The translations under genes and the position numbers were made by a program. A DNA stretch of 38,757 bases, taken from positions 1-38,757 of the forward strand of contig JAUCBJ010004726.1 of NCBI GenBank assembly GCA_032718475.1. The letters run 5' to 3'. Below the pieces are notes generated by a model. The model had not been told where the DNA came from and searched no databases. It saw only the letters and a list, made by a program, of their open reading frames with translations. How positions within the stretch are numbered: the first letter of the stretch is position 1; each line of letters starts with the position of its first letter. The stretch comes from Nemertoderma westbladi. Taxonomy: Eukaryota; Animalia; Xenacoelomorpha. Positions 23,349 through 37,294 of this stretch are shown here, piece after piece.

Positions 23349-23709
23349 CAGTGGGTGCTTCAGTGGGGTGTCTGTTACATTGGTGGGTGCCTGTGAGTTG
23401 TCTGTTACATTGGTGGGTGCCAGAGGGGAGTAAGTTACGTTGGTGGGTGCCAGAGGGGAGTAAGTTACGTTTATGGGTGCCAGTGGGGTGTCTGTTACAT
23501 TGGTGGGTGCCAGTAGGGTGTCAGTTACATTGGTGTGTGCCAGAGGTGAGTCTGTTACATTGTTGGGTGCCAGTCGGGTGTCTGTTTTACATTGGTGGGT
23601 GCCAGTGGGGGGGTGTGTGTTACATTGGTGGGTGTCAGTCAGGTGTCTGTTACATTGGTGGGTGCCAGTGGGGTGTCTGTTACGTTGGTGGGTACCTGAG
23701 GGGTGTCTG
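23349..23709. repeat. 30-bp minisatellite, about 12 copies (CAGTGGGGTGTCTGTTACATTGGTGGGTGC), between L2 ORF1 and ORF2
   Basis: Directly visible. The minus-strand unit reads APTNVTDTPL. Confidence 0.92.
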
Positions 23710-23915
23710 ATGCCATTGGAAGGACTTCAGTAACATCAAGGGGTTCTGTTCGAATTAATGAAAGTCAATCCACCTGTGACGCAGAAGAATTGGCATTGCT
23801 GACAATTAAGACGACTGATTCAGTGGATCGAGAATTATCAGTATGTAATGTAGTAACGTTTGGTTCCTCAGTGATAACTGTGGTTATCTATGTCAATAAT
23901 TTTTGCCTGAACCGG

Positions 23916-24905
23916 TCATCTGCTCCGAGTACTCCCCCTTAATGTGGAGGAATCAACAACTTCATTAAGGTGGATAATCCAGTGGGTGTTCGGTTCTGAT
24001 GCTATTAATTCCCGCTGTAGTTGACGTAACTCAAACTGAACAGTACTTTCAGCTGGAGTATAGTCTGGCGAAATATAAATGTTATTAAAACACAAACAAT
24101 TGCGAAGTTCGCGAGATTTCTTTAGCAACGCGGAGCATTTATCCTTAGGTAGGGTTACCACAATGGTTTGAATTTGATTTCCACCCATCTTCACCCCTCG
24201 CCTCTTTGATGTTATTTCTGATATATCTATCTTGATATCCAGAGAACCGGCAATGTCTATTACTGCTAGGCTATCATTGCTGCTCGCCTGCATACCTTTG
24301 ATGACCAGATTTGATCCTCGGCGCTGCTGGTCGGCTTCCTCGTCCTTAATCTGATGGGCGAGTGCAGCAATATTTGATGTGGAAGGAGACTTCTTTCTCC
24401 CCTTGGATCAGCGGAGAGGTACCGTTTTCCAGCCTCCATCATTGGAATCTGACTGGACTTGTTTGGTTGGATGGACCTGACTAGATGAAAGTGAAGCCGT
24501 TGCTAGATTTTGTAGTTGTTGTTTTATTTCTACCGATTTGTGTTCCTCGCTCTCAATGTGATTGTTTAGATCACATTGCATTCCTGCAATGGTGTCGCGT
24601 AGCTTTTCTGTACCAGAGTCCCGCAATAACTATTGAAGGTGTACACGATCAACAACGTCATTCGAAATACGGTCTCATAGTGAAGCTAGTTCGGATTCGA
24701 AGCGGGATTCCAAATCTTTCATCTTAGTGGAGAGTCGTGTTACATGTCCTGCAACACATCTTCCACAGTAGAATTGTAATGAACCGAATTCAGCCCTGAC
24801 TTTGCTACAATGGTGACCGACATCCGGCAACTACTTCCAGAGCATTCCACTTCAAACTCTTCCTGCCCATCTTTCCGCATTTCACTCAAATTGGGTTTTC
24901 CCATT
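23916..24905 (-). pseudogene. L2 ORF1 remnant (Cys-rich N-terminus, coiled coil, RRM-like region)
   Basis: ATG at about 24905, CSGSSC...FYCGRC (frameshifted), then QQRRGSNLVIKG and NIYISPDYTPAE motifs typical of CR1/L2 ORF1. Confidence 0.7.
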
Positions 24906-25615
24906 GCTGTTACTGATCCAGTGCGATTGCTGTAGGAGCTTGTGCTTTGACGTCGGTTGTATCTCGGTTGGTAAGACTTCTATCTTGTTGAGACGATGGC
25001 ATAATTTGCTGCTATACAAATATAATATATATACAAATCAAGTCAAATAGTAAATTAAGTAAATTAAGAAGCAGTTTCCAAATCTTCCAAATCTAAATAT
25101 TTATTCTTCAGTTTTATGTTTATTCTTTATTGTCCAACTGTAGTACTACAGTATAAGAAATTCAGAAATTAAGTTTATTATTATAAATCGTAATTTTGTG
25201 GCAACAATTAATAACGATATAGCTAGTATTTTAAACAAAATCAATTCGGACAATTTAGTCACCCTTTCATACTCAAAATTCTAAAATTCTAGAACATGGT
25301 ACCATATAGACACATGGCCTACTATATATATGGCCTAACATGTTGTCGATTTGGCCAAAAAAAAGAGGCCAGTTTTTTTTTACACTATTTTAATAATTTG
25401 ATATGGGGAGAGTTCTATAAATTGTCATTTGCTGCAATTTGGTCAACGGACGTAATTTAAGTCTCTTCGTTAAGCAAGATACTAAATTTTATAGTAGCTA
25501 GTGTTTTAGATAGATTTAGCTAGTAATTTCAACACCATTTTCACATCCTACTTCCTCTATAAATTTTTTGTAGTAGCTAGTTCTTATTACTATTTGTATA
25601 GAAAATGTTCTAGAA

Positions 25616-25952
25616 CATGTTAGCTATTCATTTTAAGAAAAAATCACGTTCTAGAACGAATCTTTTTTGTTCTAGAACATTTTTTAGAAAAAAATCTAGA
25701 TTCTATTTAAAACGCATGGAATCGTTCTAAAACGTGTTTAAAATCAATAAAAAAAAATTTTCAAAATTTTTTTTTCAAAAAATTGTATTCACAATATTTT
25801 TTTTTCACAATTTTTTTTTATTGATTTTAAACACGTTTTAGAACGATTCCATGCGTTTTGAATAGAATCCAGATTTTTTTCTAAATAATGTTCTAGAACA
25901 AAAAATATTTGTTCTAGAACGTGATTTTTTCTTAAAATGAATAGCTAACATG
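25616..25952. repeat. Long imperfect inverted repeat (arms about 143 bp, spacer about 50 bp)
   Basis: CATGTTAGCTATTCATTTTAAGAAAAAATCACGTTCTAGAAC... is mirrored by ...GTTCTAGAACGTGATTTTTTCTTAAAATGAATAGCTAACATG. Confidence 0.92.
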
Positions 25953-25953
25953 C

Positions 25954-26062
25954 TAATTATTACTAAAGGATGCATGCATCTGTCTATCATGGCCTACTAT
26001 ATATACGGTGTATATATAGTAGGCCATGATAGACAGATGCATGCATCCTTTAGTAATAATTA
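25954..26062. repeat. Perfect palindrome: 53-bp arms with a 3-nt loop (GGT)
   Basis: 25954-26006 is the exact reverse complement of 26010-26062. Confidence 0.97.
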
Positions 26063-26682
26063 TTCTTCTATTATTCATTCATTTCTGCAAACGTGAGCGA
26101 AGTTACAGAACTGTAACTATATAGCCGCTACATCTGTAATTCCTAAATTTTAACTAATTTTTATGATTACCTGCACCGTGAAGTGGTCACTAACCCTAGC
26201 ACTGGGATTAAAACTAATGAGTTAGGGATTATAATGAATCATGAGTTACAGTGCTCAAGGCAAATGAATGAAAAGTCGCATGAAATTTGAGTTGTAATTT
26301 CATGTTAATCATAATTACAACTGTATATACTACAAATATAAATTCAATCACATTCACCGTCGGTACAGTAAATGGTACCGGTAAATTAAAGCTGAATGTG
26401 AAATACAGTTACTTTGTTAAAATCGAATATGTCAATTTAGTTTCAAGTTTCGAAGTTTTATTAATTAGAAATCGTATATTACTTGTAACATATCGGTAAC
26501 AACCCATGTAATTTGTGCTTTTCTGCAACCTACAGGCTGCCACGTGTAGGCATACTAAGTATAGGCAGCGACAGAATGAGTGACACCGCACTGGTCATGT
26601 CCGCGGTGTGGTATGGTGATGATAATAATAATGATGAATATATATATATATATATAGCGCCAAATTTACAAACGTACTCTGA

Positions 26683-27251
26683 AGGCCTGTATACACGTGG
26701 CAACTTTTAGAGCAACTTTCTCGGCAACTAACTACTTTTTTTGGAGCAACTTAATTTAATCGCTGTTTACGCGTGGCAACTTTACCAGCAACTTGACCGG
26801 CTAGCTCTCTTTTATGGTACAGTAGCTAAGAAATACTAAAAGCAATGATAAAAGTAATTGTCACAAGAGCATTTTTTTTCAAATTTTCAATTTGTATTGC
26901 TTCACTAGCTAATAAAAAGTACAAGCTAACACAAAATAAAAATTTCTAGCTACAATCTCACTGTCAGAAGGTCAAATATTTGCTCTAGAACAAAAACCTC
27001 ATGATAAAAGCTATTTTTCACCAGAAAAAAATAGACTTCTGGATTTCTCTCACAAAAAACCGCTTTTTTTAAAAATACTGTTTCATTTAAATTGAGTATC
27101 CCGCTTTAATTCGCCCACGCAAATTCCTTCAAGTTGCCGTAAAAGTTGAGCAACTTTTACGGCAACTTTTTTCAGCAACTTACGTGTTTACACGGAGAAA
27201 CTTGATAGGCAACCTGAGTTGCTCTAAAAGTTGCCACGTGTCAACCGGCCT
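26683..27251. mobile_element. PIF/Harbinger-type MITE (about 570 bp)
   Basis: TIRs AGGCCTGTATACACGTGGCAACTTTTAGAGCAACT and reverse complement AGGCCGGTTGACACGTGGCAACTTTTAGAGCAACT. Flanks TGA/TTA give an imperfect 3-bp TSD. Many subterminal GCAACT motifs. Confidence 0.8.
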
Positions 27252-30200
27252 TTAGCTCTTTAGGCACTTTTAAAATAATCTGTACTAGATAAAAATATAA
27301 ATAAACAAGTATTAAAAGTGAACAGAATATACGTTTCGGGAGAATACAACTACCATCTCCAGCGCAATCAATATATAGCCAAAAATAATATAAGATACAT
27401 TTAGAAAACGACGGCAAAAATACAAAATATAGAAATATTGTATACATAAGTGCAGAAATTGGGCCTACCTAAGACGAAAGAGCAGTACAGTAAATATAGC
27501 ATGTAATATAACAAACAGCAAATATCATATCTAAATGGGCCTATATTGTATGTGAAAAAAGGATGGGGGGGGGGGGGTGGGGGGGCTAGAATAATTCAAG
27601 AGGAATAGAGCTATTATGTGTATTAAACGTCGGGTGTCTGTCTCTAATAAATAATGTATCTTTAATGGATAAGCTAAAGGAATCACGCGCCGTTCAAAGT
27701 ACTTCGAAGTTCTGTAAGGATAATGAGTGGTCCGTACCAATCCAGTGCTCGAAAACCGCTGAATTTATGGGGACAGAAAAGTAGTTTGTGAGGTATGACT
27801 TTCCACTGTCTTCGATTCCCCAACTCCCAGCCTATTACAATGAATTAAAAATAAAAGTGTTTACACATCCCTTAAGCAATGGTACCGGTAACGACCTACG
27901 TATCTTGCCAAATGTCAAATCATGTCAAAAAAAAAAAATCATGTCAAATGCCAACCTCAGGGTGACCGTAGAATACAGTACTATCATGCTGATCGAATAC
28001 TGTTACTTTATTTCACGCCGAGATATATAGCACCACATAGCCTATCATTGAGGTACTTTACGGCGTAGTTCACGCCAACTTGAAAATAGAGATTTACAGT
28101 ATATCTGTATTTTCATGGAAAGTTGGGATCAATCATTGCCGAATCTTTATATTGTTTATATTTAGCCTCTCGTATGGATATTTCATTGCATACAATGTAA
28201 TATTATGTATTATTATTATTAATAATTTATTATTACTGCCTGACTAAAGATGTGCCACACATGGGTCACGTTCATTTCTAATTAATTTTTTACTCTGTGG
28301 TAAAAGAACCATAAAATGTATATTCAATTAGAAGCAGATGATAAAGAACGATAGAACTCTTTATAAGTCAATGAGTGATATCAGAATCGGCAAGTTTCCC
28401 TCTTTTTTTTCAGTTTACAAAGATGTTTGTAAACCTTTTGCTCTGAAATACCAGGCACATAAGAGTTGTGGAATTCCAGGATAATGAGGTTAAATATTAT
28501 TATTATTATGAACACCAACAAAGAAGAAAAGTTTTTTTTCATTATTTGACATGGCCAATGATTGCAAGTGAGCCATCAGATTTTTTCCAGAGGAACCACG
28601 TAATTATTCTTGGCGGACTTATAGAACGCCCTTTTTGCTGTTACAAGTTCTTGCCACTTCGGAGATTTGACTGTTCGCATTATTCTTTAATTATATGTCT
28701 TTCCCATTCATTCCAAACCTCGAATTGCTTCCTACATTACAGTAAACCGTAATTAATTATACGATAATCTCATACGGAATGGAGTCCAACCGCCCAGAAT
28801 TCTAGCTGATTAGCATACCATCTATCTGCACGCAACGCTGTCACACATCAACCAATTTCATGCGCTTTTAATGCACATATTGCTTTCAATTTCAACATGG
28901 ATATAGAATAAAAAAAAATTTAATAAATTACGCTGAAGAACAGTAATCACTGAACTTTAATAATTTCAGCATAATTCTAAATTAGAAATACTAATAATGA
29001 TAATACTAACTAATACTACTAAGAATGATGGATAATGATAAAAAGTACTGATTATGTTGCTATTATGTTTGAATACTTATTTATATCATATGACTGGAAA
29101 CAGTCATGCGGTGGCTACTACCTGCTATTTGCATCAGTTTTCGCCTGGAGAGGATTCAATTTAATTAATCCCCCCCCACCCTCCTTTTCCGTATATAGTA
29201 TGATAATTACTTTAAAAAAAGTATTTTCAAGCTAAAGTTGATAAACTGCAATCAGCTCATTGCTATATACGCTGTACTGTATGGAGGAAGGTTAGGTGGA
29301 TCTCTCGTATGAAATCATTCTACCACTATTGCAAATTATTCCAAGAAAAAACGTTACTGCAGGCTGAATGGTTGATGTTTAAGGATGGGAAGGCTATAAC
29401 CAACCACCCAGTCACCTATCCATGGATGCATGCACCAGGTCGCGGACTCAATTAACTAAACTAATCAAATTTTTGGTGCTAAGAGGAAACCTGAAAGTTC
29501 ACCAGAACTTCACGGCAATATTCGTAGGTGTTCGCGGATAATTGGCTGCGACAGACACCGGTTGTGCTGAATTCCCATGACGAGTTAAATCAAGCTACCG
29601 CCTCTTACAGGCGTGGCATTTCAAATCCCCAAGTGGTACCTGTCGCAGGCTATTAGGCCCTGTATCGATAATCAAATCGACCCGCCAAATCAATAGCCAT
29701 TGTCGATTGCATGGAAGAAAGCGATTCGAAAATTGAGTTTACGCACAAGAAATCCAATCAGGTGTGTTGCTTACTAAAGGAGCTCTTATGGTATGAATGG
29801 GAGGGAAGGGTGAACAGGTTGTGATTTATATTAGGTATATATTAGGTGTCCTTAACACACCCCCCTGGAAATTCAACCCACTACACTTCAAACAATAAAT
29901 AGGGTAAAAACTGACAGCTGTGGATTAAGATAAGAGTGACTAGACTAATTTAATTACTAAAAAATTAGGTAAAATCTTTCAGTGAAACTTAGAGCCAGAC
30001 AGCTAGTGCAATACGGCATTGGTTAGCGTTACACCACAGTGGGTACTGATGCTATTAGAACTGCACATGACCAGCCACCCAGTCAGATGGTGTACCAGAA
30101 AATAAGTGAAAGAACTTTCAAATAAAACATTTCTGGTAGTGAAATCAGTGTAGTAATAAATTCTTCTTGGACTGTACGTCCACATTAGGAATGACAAAGA

Positions 30201-30699
30201 GGTACAAATGGTTAACCCTGAAATAATGCACCAAACTTTAGTGTTCAGTGTAAAATGACAACACGAACAGCCATGTACCCAATTCATTTGCATTATCACG
30301 ACGAGTATCTTTTAGCAGACGTTTTGAGAATGTCAAGCGAGTTAATGTAATGGCATGCAACGATGCTTTTCGTGGCCTAAGTATACTCAAATGATACTCG
30401 TTATATATATGTATCAATTTAGGAATGTCAATAGCTGTCCACCACATTTAATCTCGTTAAACCATCCCAAGAAATTTATTATCATCCGAAGAGCTGTGAT
30501 TCCTTGTGATTTCTTTACAATTTATAGTTTATTTGATATGCGGACGCTTCCGTATTCAGAGGAAGATCCTGGGTATAGAGGAAGCACATGACCAACCAGG
30601 CCATCTATCCCATCCATCTATCTATACGGAAAGACCTGCCAGGCAGAATTAAAGTTTGTAGAAGAGCCAGAATAAGATCCAGTGTACTTCTTGTACCTT

Positions 30700-30877
30700 T
30701 ACTAAACCCAGTAGAGTTGCTATGCAGGAGCCTTTCAACATGAACCCCAAAGAGTTCATGTAGAAAAAGAGTGGAAGTTTGACTGTGGTACTAAACCCAG
30801 TAGAGTTGCTATGCAGGAGCCTTTCAACATGAACCCCAAAGAGTTCATGTAGAAACAGAGTGGAAGTTTGACTGTGG
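30700..30877. repeat. 89-bp tandem duplication (1 mismatch)
   Basis: TACTAAACCCAGTAGAGTTGC...GTTTGACTGTGG x2. Confidence 0.93.
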
Positions 30878-31811
30878 AAGATCAAGGTCACCCATTGTAG
30901 TGAACAGGCATTCCTTGGCTTAACGAGCCTAAACGATCCTCCCATTCAAAAGGTTCAGTATTTTATTCTGTCCAATCGAATTATGCTGCCATAGAAATTA
31001 GGCTGACTCCTTTAAAACTGGGTTGGGCTAATTAGCATAAAGATCATAAAATTCGATTTGTAGTTATTCATATTAAAATGGAGAAAAGGAGACGAAAGAG
31101 AGGCAAGAATGGAAAGAGAACCAAGTTATGAAGATAACAACTGCCTTATCCTATAGTTAAATTCTAACATTTAAGTAGAATTTAGCCTAGTTGATTTGAC
31201 TGACGTATCTACATATTTGACTTGTTGCTAAGTAATTATATTCTATTATTACCCTATTAAATGGTTCCCTGTTATCTTTACATTCACAGATGGGTGATTA
31301 AATATTAGTGAAAAATGATAAGTAAAAGTTATATTCGGCTCTCAGGGCAGGGACTTCCCGTACAGTTTGCTGTCACAGAGTTTCTATCACTGTAAGATGT
31401 TAGTTTATCCAAGGATGTACCCACATGAACATTACATCAACTGCATCAGCACGTACGCTTTATATCAAGGCTGGACAGTTTCGAGCAGTGTTTTACCCTG
31501 TTCACAGGATCAAAAGATTATTATTAAATCCAATTTCGCAAACATGTAGTGTAGACATATTAAAGCCCCCAGCAGCAATGTTACTGCGTAGTATTCGGAT
31601 TGAATATAAATATAAATATTTAATCGTACTTAAACACACACGTAATGACTTACCAAATCATTATACTATAAATGATATCTTTAAATTAAATTTAGATATT
31701 AAGCTATCTGAGGCCTGTTTTCAGGTCTGGATATACTGGAGCACCTGGTGTGTTCCAATGCCAAGAGAAACTCAGTCCTAGTTGCGTAAAATAAAATCCT
31801 CTAGTTCTTCA

Positions 31812-32108
31812 ACATTGGTGGATTGGATACTCACTCATCCCGCCTCCTGCCGGGGTCCTGGGTTCAATCCAGGGTAGAACCAGTTACAATTTAGTAATAG
31901 TAAGTGGTGCGGCAAACCGGCAATATGGGAACTTGCCTTGTGCTGAGGGAGTAAGCTTAGTTATGGAGTACTGAAGTATGTACATGTACATTTAAAGCTA
32001 CAGGAGTAAGGAGAGCGGCCCCCTCCTTGTATTACAGGAAACAGCCACGAGAGAGAACATTCGGGTTGCCTTGAGTGTTTTACCTTCGTTCACAGAGCAG
32101 TTTATTTT
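31812..32108 (+). mobile_element. Degenerate tRNA-derived SINE
   Basis: A-box-like TGGTGGATTGG and B-box GGTTCAATCC. The 3' part (GGAGAGCGGCCCCCTCC...TTCGGGTTGCC) loosely resembles the tail of the 9989 SINE. Confidence 0.4.
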
Positions 32109-32885
32109 ACATATGAAAGGGTAATAATGCATGGTTGGTGACTAAATTACGTCATGATCTAAGAAATTTATTATAATTTCGGACAATTACAGTAAATTCC
32201 TAAAAATATAAATTAAAGGTATGAGGGTTTTGTGAGTGTTTTCTTAAGGATTGTGGCCACCAACTCTGTAATGGGATGCGATGCGGGTTTCTTATGCTGT
32301 CGGTTGTTTTATTTGGTTTAACGAATTCTGACGAACGCATGTCATTCGTGCTGTTGGAGGTTACACAACAATTATGTAAACAGGAAGGCTATGTATGTAG
32401 GTGGGAGGAATATTGATAATATTAATGGGATTCTAAATCGATACATTTTCATAAAGAAATAGTATTAGTGGAGTGTAGATAGAATCTCAGAAAACAAGTA
32501 GTCGATGCGAAATATCATTATATATTCAGCGATGAGATGAAGTTACTGGTATGGCCTAGCCAACGGTGTCATAGAATAATTAATGTTAAAGTTAAAAGAT
32601 GGTCTAATTGGCTAATATATTTACATAATACAAAGTAAACTTTGTTCAATTGTTTGTTCAATTGTTTACTTAAAATATTATATCAATAGTTAAAACTTAG
32701 GGTGCAAAATTCCTAATTCGCAATAAACTAAAATAAGTTGGATTCGAAGTTACATACCTAAGTATCTTAGTCTCTGTAACGTAACATATGGAGGTCAACT
32801 GACGGGGTCTATAAAATTTATTATAATTTATTTTAATAATTTCAAATAATTTACAATAATTTACCTGTATCGAACAATGACTTAC

Positions 32886-33045
32886 CAGTATGGCATGTAG
32901 ATTGCTTCCATAAGTGTCTGGCTATTGTTGAATACATGGCTGTCATCAGACACAATGGAATCACGTAGGTCAATATTACAGCCAGGCAGTGAAAGGATCG
33001 CTGAGCGGTTGTAAAAGTCCAAAATAATTTCTGGCCTGGCCACAT
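32886..33045 (-). CDS. GPCR exon: ECL2 end + TM5
   Basis: ttatcctag|ATG...G|gtaagt. Translates MWPGQKLFW...CLAVILTYVIPLCLMTAMYSTIARHLWKQSTCHT; 160 bp, phase 0 to phase 1. Confidence 0.92.
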
Positions 33046-33169
33046 CTAGGATAAGAAAATCTCGTAAGTGTACATACTGGCCATTCTCAGAAATTAATAC
33101 AATTATAATAATACATTAATCGAAATTCCAACCCAGTAACACTCACACCCCCACCCCATACACTGACAC

Positions 33170-33777
<608 letters not shown>

Positions 33778-34079
33778 CTTGCAGCCGCTTTCTTTGTCTA
33801 TTTGTGGCTTTCTTTGTCTTTCAATCACAATGTCTACATTTATGAGTCTTTGGTTTTTCTATCCTTAAACATATTCTACTGTTGGTTTTGAACAAAACAA
33901 TTGAATTTTTCTAAATATTTATATTATAATCTTTAAATATGAAACTGTATATTATAGTTATGTTCTCAATAAGAATCACCACTATGGCTATAATAACGAT
34001 TTCTTTATTTTAAGTTAATTTAGTCATTAACAATTAACAATTTGTAATAATTATGTAAATAGAATTAATAGGTAAATAA

Positions 34080-35210
34080 GTACAACAACACCATAAATAG
34101 CACAACCGAACCCATCACCAGTGAACGTGGTCAGTACCGATCTGCGAGGTCGAAAGCCCGCATTCTGGACCCTTATCCGAACCCAAGAGCCCGCCATGGC
34201 TGATGACCCCCATGGAGGCACAGCGAGTTCGAGTGAAGTAGCGCGAACTGTAGACGCCTCCGGATACCACCGAGAATGCGGGCAAGGTCGTGTTGTTCAT
34301 TCCCAGCAGCCGAGCCATAAGTGTCTCATTAAGGTGGTGGATTAGGATCTCGGTCTCCTTGCACCACACCCCATTAGTGGTTCCAACGATGCGAGTGAAG
34401 GAGATCCTTTGATCCTCGCACACCGCGCTGTAGTGGACCTTCTTCACACAAACTTGTTGCTCGCAGACAGAGTCCATGAACCGGGTAACATATGAGGGAA
34501 TGTCAGCGTTTACAACTGCAATGTCGAATGATGCTACCCTCTGTTCGGCCCAGACTCCCCTCACAAGCAGGTCTGCCCTCACCCCTCCTACTTTTCTCGA
34601 GGTAGCAGAGCACAGCGTAACCTCATGATGTACAAATGACCCTCCAAACGCAGAGGCAATAAGGTCTCCAAAGATATGCTGCACTACGTTATGCTGCTTT
34701 ATAACCAGGCCCCCCAACTTACAGTTAAGGGCATGTGTCACCGTGAAGGGCTCCCCACACCCCTAACACACTGCCGTGAGGCCTTGCGGCATGAGTCCAT
34801 ATCTGAGGGCAAGGTTGTCTCGGAAAGACTCAGAGTCCAGGTCTGTGTGGTCAATCGCTGATGGCTGCACAGTTAACCACCTGCCTGTGAAACCACATGG
34901 GAAAACACATGGTCCACTGGGTGGCGTCATTCGGCGAGGATGGATTGGATGGCTGACTCCATCCTCTCTTGTATGCGGCATCCTGGATGAGGTGACTCTC
35001 CGAAAAGGCGGAGGCGAGACAAGCAGCATGACTTGCTACATTGAGGGGACAACCGGTTGTCAATGCCTCTTCTACACCAGCAATTCCAGATTGGGAGGCT
35101 TCCTTAGCATGAACCCTCCGGATCAAGGGGTTCAGAATCCCGATTCCTCCACGGAGGACAGGAAGGAGAACCAACTCCTCGTTGACTGTTCCAGGAGAAG
35201 TCCCACTGAC
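34080..35210 (-). mobile_element. 3' fragment of a CRE-clade non-LTR retrotransposon (zinc knuckle + restriction-like endonuclease)
   Basis: LPVLRGGIGI, WLTVQP....LDSESFRDNLALRYG, HALNCKLGG..KQHN and RADLLVRGVW....FDIAVV motifs, with frameshifts. Boundaries are approximate. Confidence 0.78.
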
Positions 35211-35830
35211 TATAGTAACAATACATTATATGTATTAGCACTACAAACCTACGACCAACCCTTGACAAATCTTTCCTTATAATTTTGGAAAGAACTGTTT
35301 AAACCGACACATTGCAGCTTTATATCGAATGATATATATTTTGACATATTCTACTAAAAATTTATAATTTTCATATACAAAGAACTTCATGTTTCTAAGT
35401 AAATAAAGATTGTAAATAAAGAAAACATCGGTGTTTCATATTGACTGATTTTGTAATTCACATAACACTCATTCCCATTCCCATTCCCGCAACATATAAC
35501 AAGTATACATATATTAAATGTGAAAAACGCAATATTCATTGTCATTGCATATAATACTACATTGCGAACTCAAATTTATTTAATTTATTGGTTGTAATAT
35601 TCCTTATAAGTGCCTAATCTGAAGCGATCGGAATTGAGTGCCAATATATAACTAGTCAATAGCCATAGTATAATTATAATTGTTCACTGAGATGGGTTGC
35701 AGTTCTGTTGCAGGAAGGCCCAACTCGTGTAATTAATGGCAATGGTTGCAGCATTTTTTAAAGACATTTTAAATTAATATACATAAATATTAAATAATGA
35801 TTTATTATACTTTACTATACAATAGCTAAC

Positions 35831-36061
35831 CTCCACACACATCGTTGTGAGTACCGTATTATAGTGAGAACCAAGCTGTTGTCTTGTCTGTAGCATCAAT
35901 GGGTATGGTATTAACAAAGTCAGACTACAGACCCATATACATAGAACCTTGGCCTTGATCCGAAGGCGAGAAGTACGAAAGAGAAATGGGTTACAGATCC
36001 CGTGGTACCTCTCGAAAGATATCAGTGTCAGAGTGAAAGAAGAGACAGCCACAACAACATG
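35831..36061 (-). CDS. GPCR exon: TM3 (ERY), TM4 and ECL2 Cys; the most 5' exon found in the window
   Basis: ttattccag|CAT...GAG|gttagc. Translates HVVVAVSSFTLTLISFERYHGICNPF...IWVCSLTLLIPYP...TTMCVE; 231 bp, phase 0 to phase 0. Confidence 0.93.
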
Positions 36062-37294
36062 CTGGAATAAACATAATATTTGAACTAAAGCAAATCAATA
36101 TTATAATAATGTTGTTAGTCATATAAATCAGCATATATTGCCTTTTGCCACGAACATTGCCTGAACAGCCATAGTTCGTAGCCTGTACAAATCGCTGATT
36201 AATCTCCATTATGGTAGCAGTGGCTGGAAGAACGCATCTGTTATGTAAATAATAACTTTGTCTAGATCAACTGCGATATTTATGATGCCAAATGATACAC
36301 AACCCAAATAGCTCGGTCTACCATACACCAGCATGTTCGTTCAGCGATGTTATCAATTGCGCCCCCACCCCATGTATTTTCAAACCAGGACGTTGTTGCC
36401 ATAGAGGACAATGTTGTGAACAATCTGATACGATGCAAAATCAGTGGCTGACAATGGGTTACCGTCATAATTTAATCAATAAACTTTCAAAATAGTCTAA
36501 TAGGTGTAAGACAAGTACCTCGCCTCGATGAACATAGTCAATACTAGTATTGATAGAATACGAATACGTTTATTGGTACATGCCGCAATGCATGTGTGTG
36601 ATTTTTTTAGAGGTTATATAACTGGGTAAAGATAATAATTTGTCACATTTTTGCTGCTATTTATTTTCAATTATTGGTAATTTCCCATATCGAAATCTTT
36701 TCATATCAATTAGTATAAAGTTAGCCTTATAAATGCTACACACTAAATTCAATTAACCGATGTTACAATTGGCGCAGACATCCTTTCCTGACTAATAAAT
36801 AATAACATGTTCGCCACACCTGATACAAGTTCACTAGTACATTAATATTTCGATATAATATTACGGTGAAGCGGCATAAGGGATACAGAACATGAGATTG
36901 TAGATTTGGGATCATTACATTTTCCGCTATGTAAAACCTGAGTCATCGCCTTGGGGGTGTCTCTCTCGCATCCGTCCGTTATCTGGTCTCCAGTCCGCTT
37001 TCATCTTACGTTAATTATATGTATCTATTGTATAAATTATTGGCAACCCTTTCGCATACAATTCAAATTCCTTTTCGTAAATTTTGTTCATTGCAAAATG
37101 CTTCTAGGTTCACTTATGTTTAATGTTTTCGATTTCGCAGATTTTATTTCGCCATGAATGCTTTGCAGTGACTATCTAGTGCGAATATGGCGTATATATC
37201 TTCCTTGCATCCTTAAAGGGCAGCTAATTGAGTTCTGGAGTTTCCTCTTTATTTATGAAAATATAACTTTACTTATGTATATTGTTAGTTATTT

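Larger units (their letters stand above)
20939..25000 (-). mobile_element. Decayed L2-clade LINE with ORF1 and RT but no endonuclease domain
   Basis: QSAYRCNYSTETALL, LLDLSAAFDTVDH, GIPQGSVLGPLLF, LYADDTQLY, RLQYVQNTA, TPVL..LHWLP and YKCLNGLAPDYL motifs. 3' end GCGCTTTATAAAT plus a (TTA)n tail at 20939-20965. The 5' boundary is approximate. Confidence 0.9.

Noticed and set aside
23351-23733. Plus-strand Trp/Cys-rich ORFs
   Set aside because: Antisense readings of the 30-bp minisatellite.
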